Below, in pieces: positions 14,689-22,221 of a DNA stretch of 64,000 nucleotides (the first letter of the stretch is position 1; each line of letters starts with the position of its first letter). The notes beneath the pieces were generated by a model, which did no database searches, was not told where the DNA came from, and saw nothing but the letters and a program-made list of their open reading frames with translations. Source of the stretch: Acutalibacteraceae bacterium (GTDB lineage Bacteria; Bacillota; Clostridia; Oscillospirales; Acutalibacteraceae); NCBI GenBank assembly GCA_036307305.1, contig JAXJXV010000021.1, forward strand, positions 68,276-132,275, in the 5' to 3' direction. Both the position numbers and the translations under genes were made by a program.

Positions 14689-16439
14689 TGTATCGATACA
14701 ATGAATTTGACGAACGAAGGGTGGTGATTTATGCCCGTGTTTCCACCGAGCACGAAGCACAGATATCCGCACTCAGCAATCAGCTGGAATGGTATCAGCA
14801 ATACCTCGACCACCACCCCGAATGGAACTTAATTGACCGCTATATTGACGAGGGTATCACGGGAACCTCGGCGGAAAAACGACCGGGATTTACCCAGATG
14901 ATTGCAGATGCCAAGGCACACAAGTTTGACCTAATCATTACACGTGAGGTCTCCCGATTTGCACGTAATACCGAGGAAACCCTGCACTTTACAAAGATGC
15001 TTCGCCGCATCGGTGTTGAAGTGTTCTTTATTAACGATAATATCAAAACCTTTGACGGCGACGGCGAGCTTCGCCTTACCATAATGGCGAGCCTTGCACA
15101 GGACGAAAGCCGCAAGACCTCTATCCGAGTGAAAAGCGGTCAACAGATCTCTATGGAAAAAGGCGTGTTCTACGGCAACGGCAATATTCTCGGCTATGAC
15201 CGAGTGTAGAAAATCGTGGAGGGCAACAAAAAGCAGGTGGATTTCAATATCAATCCCGTGCAAGCCGAAACGGTGCGTAAGATATTTGATATGTACCTTG
15301 AGGGACACGGCCTAATGGCAATAAAAAATGAAATGGAGCGAACGGGGCGTAGGACTGCTACGGGACTACCGAATTGGCATTGCACGGGAATCTCCCAAAC
15401 GCTCAAGAACTCCTTTTACTGCGGTATCATTACCTACCACAAGGAATACACTCCCGACTTTTTGGTGCAGAAAAAGGTAAAAAACTACGGTGAAATGGCA
15501 TTAACACAAGTGCAAGGCAGACACGAGCCGATTATAACCGTTGAAGAATACGAAAGGGTGCAAAAAATCATGAAAAGCAAAACGGGAAAACTCAAGAATC
15601 CAACCGCAGGAAGAAAGCTGACGGGCGTAACACCGCCAAAGACCGTATGGGGCAGACTGATGATCTGCTCCTGCGGTAGGCGGTTTAACCGCCGCAAATG
15701 GAGAACCAACGCTAACGGCGAAAAGTTCTTCGGCTATCAATGCTACGGCACAACGCAAACAGGCACTATCAAAAGTCGCCTAAAACGTGGACTCCCAATT
15801 GACGGTATCTGTCAGTCACCGATGATTGCCGAGTGGAAGCTGCAGATGATGGCAAACTATATCTTCCGGCACTTTCTAACCAATAAGCAAAAGGTATTGG
15901 AAATCGCAAACTCCTTACTTGAGGAGCATATCGGCGATACCGAGGTGCAAGTGCAGGATAATTCAAAACTCATTGAGCAGAAACAACGTGAGCTTGACAG
16001 AGCCAACACCAAGCGCAGAAATCTTGTTGATTTGCTTAGCAATTGCGATATCACCCGTGAGGACTATCAAGAGGCACGTGCCGAGGTGGATAAGCAGATA
16101 GATAAACTCAAGGCGGAGATCGAAGAACTGACACCCGTAGTCGAGGAAACCGAGGAGGAAGAAATTGACTACGAAAGCAAGATAACCGTTCTCCGATATG
16201 CCTTGGAGCAATACACCAATTTTGATACCGACGGCGATATCCCCGAAAGCGTTATCGAAGCCTTTGTAGAAAAAATCGAGGTTTCAAAGGACTGCTTTAA
16301 GTGGTATCTTCGTGGTGATTTCGGCGGCGACTCTCCCATTCCTATGAATGTGGAGGGTAACCGCAAGAAAGGGGCGACAATTTCGCCCCAATACATAATT
16401 CCCCCTGCAAACTTTGGCGACTCAGGCAGCAATCGCTGA
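14685..16439 (+). pseudogene. large serine recombinase interrupted by one in-frame TAG (15207..15209)
   Basis: The N-terminal resolvase domain ([13 protein letters not shown], catalytic Ser) ends at TAG. The recombinase, zinc-ribbon and coiled-coil part continues in the same frame from 15210 (ORF 15216..16439). Confidence 0.8.
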
Positions 16440-16486
16440 TATGTAATTTTAACGAAATTAATTTCGTAGCATAAAACAATCAATCC

Positions 16487-16504
16487 CCTCGGAGCAATCC
16501 GAGG
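16487..16504 (+). terminator. hairpin after the recombinase gene (no clear T-tract)
   Basis: cctcgga-gcaa-tccgagg. Confidence 0.35.
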
Positions 16505-16517
16505 GAGGAGATTTGAT

Positions 16518-16643
16518 TATTCGGGGTTTTCATGGTATAATACGGATAAATTATAAAAAAAGGGTGTTTTTATGATTGTTTATTCGGGGTTTTCATGGTA
16601 TAATACGGATAACTTATAAAAAAGGGGTGTTTTTATGATTGTT
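16518..16643 (+). repeat. 63-bp tandem duplication (2 copies) of the fucosidase promoter, RBS and first three codons
   Basis: tattcggggttttcatggtataatacggataa[a/c]ttataaaaaa(a)gggtgtttttatgattgtt occurs at 16518..16580 and 16581..16643. Each copy carries an extended -10 (tggtataat) and ATGATTGTT. Confidence 0.9.
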
Positions 16644-17858
16644 GAAAAAAGAATTAAGGATTTTGAAAAACTCGGTTTTGGTATGTTTGTGCATTTTGGC
16701 CTTTACAGCGTTATAGGAAAAGGTGAATGGGCAAAACACAGTTTAAATATACCTTGGTGCGAATATCTTAAAACATTTGATAGTTTTGAGCCTAAAACAA
16801 ATTGGGCAGAGGAATTAGTTTTAATTGCAAAAGAGGCTGGTTGCCGATATATAACACTAACTACCAGACATCATGATGGATTTTCTCTTTATGATACTTG
16901 CGGATTAAATACCTATGATGCACCTAATGCGTGCGGTCGAGACATTGTAAAAGAATTTGTGGACGCATGCAACAAATACGGTATTATACCTTTTTTCTAT
17001 CATACTCTTTTAGATTGGCACGAAGAAAGCTACGAAAACAACTTTGGAGAATACTTAAAATATTTAAGAAAAAGTATAGAAATCCTTTGCAAAAACTACG
17101 GAAAGATAGGCGGATTTTGGTTTGACGGAATGTGGGATAAACCGAATGAAGATTGGGAGGAGGATGCACTTTATTCTCTTATTAGAAGTTTTCAGCCCGA
17201 TACTATGATAATAAACAACACAGGTCTTAATAACCGTGGTGAACTAGGTCATATTGAACTTGACAGTGTCACCTTTGAACGCGGCAGACCTCAACCCATA
17301 AATCTTGAATGTTCCCCCAAATATGTTGCAAGTGAGATGTGCGAAACTTTTGCAAGCCATTGGGGATATGCGAAAAATGACTTTAATTTCAAGCCATTGG
17401 AGCATCTTATTAACAGTTTTGCTGTTTGCCGCAGATATAGGTCTAATTTTCTTTTTAATGTAGGACCAAAAGCTGACGGAAGCCTTCGCACTATTGATAA
17501 AGGTGCATTAGAGATTTTAGGGCAATGGAGCAATCTGAACGATGAGGCATTGCATATTCCTGAACCCACTGATATTGAAATTAAAGATAAACCAAACAAC
17601 TTTATCCTGCGTAATGATAACACTTATTACCTTTTTATGAGTGATTTAAGCATTAGTGGTAATAAAAATGTTACTATAAATAATAATGTTAATTGCGACA
17701 ACATTTTCCCGTTTAACAAAAAGGTTAAATCTGTATGTTGGCTTGACAGCGGAGAAACACTTAACTTTACCCAGAATGGTAGTGAAATAAACATTAACTC
17801 CAAACCTTTTGAATGTGGGCAAGATTTCGTCGTGAGAATTGCTAAAATAGAAGTATAA
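16635..17858 (+). CDS. alpha-L-fucosidase, glycoside hydrolase family 29
   Basis: GFGMFVHFGLYSV...KEAGCRYITLTTRHHDGFSLYDT...FFYHTLLDWHE are typical GH29 motifs. Confidence 0.85.
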   Translation: MIVEKRIKDFEKLGFGMFVHFGLYSVIGKGEWAKHSLNIPWCEYLKTFDSFEPKTNWAEELVLIAKEAGCRYITLTTRHHDGFSLYDTCGLNTYDAPNACGRDIVKEFVDACNKYGIIPFFYHTLLDWHEESYENNFGEYLKYLRKSIEILCKNYGKIGGFWFDGMWDKPNEDWEEDALYSLIRSFQPDTMIINNTGLNNRGELGHIELDSVTFERGRPQPINLECSPKYVASEMCETFASHWGYAKNDFNFKPLEHLINSFAVCRRYRSNFLFNVGPKADGSLRTIDKGALEILGQWSNLNDEALHIPEPTDIEIKDKPNNFILRNDNTYYLFMSDLSISGNKNVTINNNVNCDNIFPFNKKVKSVCWLDSGETLNFTQNGSEININSKPFECGQDFVVRIAKIEV

Positions 17859-17867
17859 TGGCAGTTC

Positions 17868-17928
17868 TTTCCCCTCTTTTTCCGATAGCACAACAGGCTG
17901 AAATTAAGGAATCTAAGTAATTAGATTT
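17868..17928. repeat. att-like site C (shares its left part with site B and its right part with site A)
   Basis: See sites A and B. The sequence is tttcccctctttttccgatagcacaacaggctgaaattaaggaatctaagtaattagattt. Confidence 0.7.
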
Positions 17929-17941
17929 ATAAAGTAAAAAT

Positions 17942-17972
17942 ATCCGCCCGAATTTTTTTGGGCGGATATTTT
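17942..17972 (+). terminator. terminator-like hairpin homologous to 444..472
   Basis: atccgccc-gaattttttt-gggcggat followed by atttt. Confidence 0.5.
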
Positions 17973-18293
17973 GGCGGTTACGAAACAAAAAACTTTACCG
18001 TTTATGGTGATAAAGTTCACTTAGAGATAGAACGTACCTTAGAACCCGATATTTCCAACGGCACCAAAGATTTAGATGCAAAAAAATTCTTTAATGGACT
18101 TAAAAACCTGAATATCGGTGAATGGCGTAAGAGTTACGATACCCACCGATATGGTATTGCTATTATGGATGGTACACATTAGTATTTGGAAATTTATTTT
18201 TCTAATGGTTGTAGAGCTTTAAAAATATATGGTGATAATGCATACCCGTATAATTTTGACTCTCTGTTAGAAATATTTGAAATAAAAGAGTAA
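17958..18293 (+). pseudogene. hypothetical gene remnant: 5' end truncated at the island boundary, with an in-frame TAG at 18180..18182
   Basis: ORF 17958..18182 ends ...IMDGTH-TAG. The same frame continues YLEIYFSNGCRALKIYGDNAYPYNFDSLLEIFEIKE to the TAA at 18291..18293. The ORF start lies inside the hairpin. Confidence 0.55.
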
Positions 18294-18346
18294 CTATGTT
18301 ATAATTAAGCGTATAGAAAAGTTTAAATTTATAAAGAGTGCTTATT

Positions 18347-18952
18347 ATGGAATTTAATGAAAAATTACAGGAACTCAGACGGCAAAAGGGGATAACACAG
18401 GAAGAACTTGCCGAGTCTCTTTTTGTTTCCCGAACGGCGATTTCCAAATGGGAGTCGGGCAGGGGATATCCCAGTATAGATTCTTTAAAAGCTATAGCCG
18501 AATTTTTTGGAATAACCATTGATGAACTACTGTCGGGCAAAGAGCTTTTAGATATAGCGGAAGAAGACAGTAAACAAAAATCAAACAATTTTTGTGATTT
18601 GATTTTCGGGTTACTTGACGTTAGTACTGCTATGCTTCTTTTTCTGCCCTTTTTCAGACAAAAAGCAAACGGGATAGTGCAGGGGATTTCTCTTTTTGCT
18701 CTAACTGAAATTTCCCCATATTTAAAAACAACTTACTATGTTTTTGTGTTCTTAATTATTATAGAGGGTATCTTGACTTTTGCATTGCAAAACTGCACAC
18801 AAAGGTTGTGGGTGCAAAACAAAAGCAAGATGTCGTTATTTGTGAACTTTGCAGGTGTAATTTTATTTGTAATCAGTATGCAACCTTACGGGACGACTTT
18901 TTTACTGGCAATTCTGGCAATAAAGATATTAACCCTTACAAAAAAGAAATGA
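18347..18952 (+). CDS. XRE-family HTH protein with a C-terminal multi-TM domain
   Basis: LRRQKGITQEELAESLFVSRTAISKWESG is followed by about 4 hydrophobic helices. Confidence 0.75.
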   Translation: MEFNEKLQELRRQKGITQEELAESLFVSRTAISKWESGRGYPSIDSLKAIAEFFGITIDELLSGKELLDIAEEDSKQKSNNFCDLIFGLLDVSTAMLLFLPFFRQKANGIVQGISLFALTEISPYLKTTYYVFVFLIIIEGILTFALQNCTQRLWVQNKSKMSLFVNFAGVILFVISMQPYGTTFLLAILAIKILTLTKKK

Positions 18953-19047
18953 TACGGAAAGTATCGCTATTGTCACGCTGTGTTTCTTGAAAAATTTTAA
19001 ATCAGCTTTTAAGATGTATGCAAATACATTAAAGGCAGGTTTTAAAA

Positions 19048-19710
19048 ATGACAAAAGAAAACAAAAAACAACTATGCAAATCAATATTTATGTTTGTAGC
19101 GTTTAGTCTGTGGACTGCGCTTATTAGCTTTGCAGACGTCAGAGCAATAGGACCAAATGAATCAACCGTTGGATTAGCAACTGTTAACGGTTTTATTCGT
19201 AATTTTACGGGTGTGAATATGTGTCTTTATACTGTTACGGATTGGCTTGGCTTAGTGCCTTTAGCTGTTGTTGTGGGATTTGCTGCTGTCGGTCTTATGC
19301 AGTGGATTTGGCGTAAAGATATTAAGAAGGTTGATTATGATATTCTTGTATTAGGCGGTTTCTACGTTATTACTATGTCGGTGTATATACTGTTTGAAAA
19401 CGTTGTGATAAACTATAGACCTGTACTTATTAACGGGATTTTAGAAGCGTCCTATCCTTCGTCAACTACGTTACTTGCGCTGTGCGTAATGCCTACCGCC
19501 ATAATGCAGTTTAAAGTTCGTATTAAGAACAGTATTTTGAAAAAAAGTGTAATAGCTTTATTTTATTTGTTTACTGTATTTATGGTAATATGCAGACTTA
19601 TTTCAGGTGTGCATTGGTTGACCGATATTGTGGGTGGAATATTGCTAAGCACCGCACTTGTAATGCTGTACCGTTTTGCTGTAAATTTAAAAGATAACAG
19701 AAAAATATAA
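19048..19710 (+). CDS. PAP2-family phosphatase-like membrane protein
   Basis: Multi-TM protein. SGVHWLTDIVGG resembles PAP2 motif C3. Confidence 0.6.
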   Translation: MTKENKKQLCKSIFMFVAFSLWTALISFADVRAIGPNESTVGLATVNGFIRNFTGVNMCLYTVTDWLGLVPLAVVVGFAAVGLMQWIWRKDIKKVDYDILVLGGFYVITMSVYILFENVVINYRPVLINGILEASYPSSTTLLALCVMPTAIMQFKVRIKNSILKKSVIALFYLFTVFMVICRLISGVHWLTDIVGGILLSTALVMLYRFAVNLKDNRKI

Positions 19711-19734
19711 TTTTTTATAAGGAGTAAATTTGAA

Positions 19735-20235
19735 ATGAAAAAGACTCTTATTGTTGTTGATATGCAAAATGATTTCATTAATATGGCGCTTGGAACAGAA
19801 GAAGCAGTAAAAATCGTGCCTAAGGTGAAAGAAAAAATTTTAGAGTGCTATAAAAACGGTTATGAAATAATCTATACCCGAGATACACATTCTGAAAATT
19901 ATCTTGAAACAACTGAAGGCAAAAAACTGCCTGTAAAGCACTGTATAAAGGGAACGTTGGGTTGGCAGATTGCTGACGGACTTTATGTTGACGGCTGTAA
20001 AATCATTGATAAATCTAATTTTGGGTGGCCGCACTGGGAACAGGAGAATTTGCAGGACGTTCTTATTATCGGTCTTTGCACAGATATTTGCGTGGTTTCA
20101 AACGCTCTTATCATTAAAGCGACTTTTCCTGATGCACAGATAAAGGTAGACAAATCCTGCTGCGCAGGAGTAACGGTAGAAACACATAATGCGGCACTGA
20201 AAACAATGGAAATGTGTCAGATAGAAGTAAAATAA
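19735..20235 (+). CDS. isochorismatase-family cysteine hydrolase (nicotinamidase-like)
   Basis: TLIVVDMQNDF and IIGLCTDICV (catalytic Cys motif). Confidence 0.8.
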   Translation: MKKTLIVVDMQNDFINMALGTEEAVKIVPKVKEKILECYKNGYEIIYTRDTHSENYLETTEGKKLPVKHCIKGTLGWQIADGLYVDGCKIIDKSNFGWPHWEQENLQDVLIIGLCTDICVVSNALIIKATFPDAQIKVDKSCCAGVTVETHNAALKTMEMCQIEVK

Positions 20236-20273
20236 CCAACCCTCTCGGAAAATCCGAGAGGGTTGGTTATTTT
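20234..20273. terminator. bidirectional terminator
   Basis: aaccaaccctctcgga-aaa-tccgagagggttggtt (16-bp stem) followed by atttt. Confidence 0.8.
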
Positions 20274-20291
20274 AAATAAAGAAAATAAAAA

Positions 20292-22091
20292 TTATTTATT
20301 AAACCCAGGAAAAGCAGACTCAAAACCGTGATTTGTATTGTTTGTAAAGATTCGTCTGCCAGTTTCTGACCAATTTTCAAGAACTCTTGCATCGTTGCTG
20401 TTAGAAAACTCGACACTCATACAGGATTGATGGTCTGTAACTGAGGGGTCTTGACATCCTATATAAGAGTATCTTATTCTTTGAGTATCTTCTGTAAGTT
20501 CATCAAGAGGTATTCCTTCAAAATGTAATGGGTTATTATTAAAATCTTCAACACTGCCACCCAACGCTTTGATTATTGTAGGAAATATATCAGCGTGTGA
20601 AGCAGGGGCTTGAGAAATTGTAAAGTCTGTATCAATTCCTTTGTGTGCTGGCTTGTAAAAGAGAATAGGATTAATGTTAGGAACCATATCACTTTCGTTA
20701 AAGTTAAGCCAAGCTTCGCCATGGTCGGCAGTAATGATTATTGTTGAATTTTCATATACTCCCAATCGTTGAAGTTCATCAAAATATTTATAAAGTATTT
20801 TGAATTCACCTTTACAAGTTTCAATAGGAGTAACCTCTGTTGTAGTATATTCACCATACTCTGTAAGCTCATAAGGATAGTGACCACCAAAAGTGTGTAT
20901 CAATCGGAAACAACGATTACCATAGGAGTTATTTATTGAAAGACCGGTAGCTTCAAGTTTTTCTAAGAAAAGGGCATCATACATGTGACTTCCATTGTTG
21001 AAAATAACACTTTCATCTGCAGAAGATACGGCAAAATTAAAGGTATCAGAAGTATATTTGAACCTGTTTTTGAATGCAAATGGTGCAACGCGGTATATAG
21101 ATGATTTTATAGCCGCTTTTACAAAAACTTTTTTATTGGTTTGTGTGGGAATAGGTTTTACATTGTCCGCAACACCAGCTTCTGCCGCAGCAGCATTCTC
21201 AAAGAATGACTCTTGTGTATAAACACACATACTTCCGGTTTTATCTTTGATTAATTTTAAATAGTCACTATTTTTAATAGCGTTTGATTTTGTTTCAGAA
21301 GTGGGATAAAAATCCTCCATTTCTATACCTGTAAAAAGATACGGCATAGAATTATGCGTGAAAGTATACATGCCTGAGGTATTAGGAAAATAGGTAAATC
21401 CTTTTAGTTTGTTGAAAAAATTCGGGTCGTTTTGTAATATTTCGTCAGCACGCACCTGGTCAAAACGGTCCAAAACAAATATTATTATATTTTCTTTTTT
21501 TGCTACTTCATACATACCATCGGTGGTAATACGGGTATCGAAGCTTATTTGAGGAGTTGTTAATATCACAGTAATAAGAGCTATGATTTGCATACCTGCA
21601 ATAAGAGCTGAGCCTAACTTGCATATAGTTGCCCATAATGTTTTGCTGAAAATTGTGATAATAACAGGAAGAATGGCTACAACAATCCAAATAGCAAGAT
21701 TGATTATTTTTTGAGATGTAGACCAACTGTCAGAGGAGCCGTCAAGAGTTTTCATCATACCGTTTAAAAACATACTCTGAACGTAACAAACCAGTGTTCC
21801 ACCGAAAACCAGTGAAACAACAATATTGAAAAGTTTTCCCTTTAAAAGTAATTCTACCAGAAGCATAATGGTAAAAAGAATTACTCCAAATAAAGCAACG
21901 GGCCACCAAAATTCGGAAAAAGTAAAGCTAAATTCTGCAATATTACCAAAAAACGTTTCGTAGGGGATAAAAACAAAAACAGAAAAAATAAAGGTTAGGT
22001 TTACAAGGGAAGCAATAAACAACTTTTTACTTAATGGTTGTGATTTGTCTTTAAACAAGAAACTGAAAAATTTTTTAATTGCAGATAACAT
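20292..22091 (-). CDS. LTA-synthase/sulfatase-family membrane protein
   Basis: N-terminal multi-TM region plus an extracellular sulfatase-like domain (FVLDRFD, TADHGEAW). The preferred start is MLSAIKK at 22091. Confidence 0.7.
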   Translation of the reverse strand: MLSAIKKFFSFLFKDKSQPLSKKLFIASLVNLTFIFSVFVFIPYETFFGNIAEFSFTFSEFWWPVALFGVILFTIMLLVELLLKGKLFNIVVSLVFGGTLVCYVQSMFLNGMMKTLDGSSDSWSTSQKIINLAIWIVVAILPVIITIFSKTLWATICKLGSALIAGMQIIALITVILTTPQISFDTRITTDGMYEVAKKENIIIFVLDRFDQVRADEILQNDPNFFNKLKGFTYFPNTSGMYTFTHNSMPYLFTGIEMEDFYPTSETKSNAIKNSDYLKLIKDKTGSMCVYTQESFFENAAAAEAGVADNVKPIPTQTNKKVFVKAAIKSSIYRVAPFAFKNRFKYTSDTFNFAVSSADESVIFNNGSHMYDALFLEKLEATGLSINNSYGNRCFRLIHTFGGHYPYELTEYGEYTTTEVTPIETCKGEFKILYKYFDELQRLGVYENSTIIITADHGEAWLNFNESDMVPNINPILFYKPAHKGIDTDFTISQAPASHADIFPTIIKALGGSVEDFNNNPLHFEGIPLDELTEDTQRIRYSYIGCQDPSVTDHQSCMSVEFSNSNDARVLENWSETGRRIFTNNTNHGFESAFPGFNK

Positions 22092-22221
22092 AGATTTATC
22101 ATTCCTTTTTACATAAATGTTATTCATAATTATAACATTTGTCGAATAAAAAAGCAATATGTAAAAAGTTGTGATAGACAAAAGGGGTTTAAAGTGATAT
22201 AATACAGCGTAGTGAATAAAT

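Noticed and set aside
16421-16451. A fourth att-like site at the 3' end of the broken recombinase gene.
   Set aside because: The similarity to sites A and C (c.caggc.gc.atc ... gtaatt) is scattered and weak. I mention it only as context and cannot support it as a feature on its own.
15207-18182. The two in-frame TAG codons (recombinase, and the boundary gene at 18180) as evidence for TAG reassignment or pyrrolysine.
   Set aside because: TAG serves as the genuine stop of well-conserved genes in the same window, at the expected protein ends: glgA at 46305..46307 and nnr at 56039..56041. No pyl genes are seen. Ordinary nonsense mutations in decaying mobile DNA are the simpler explanation.
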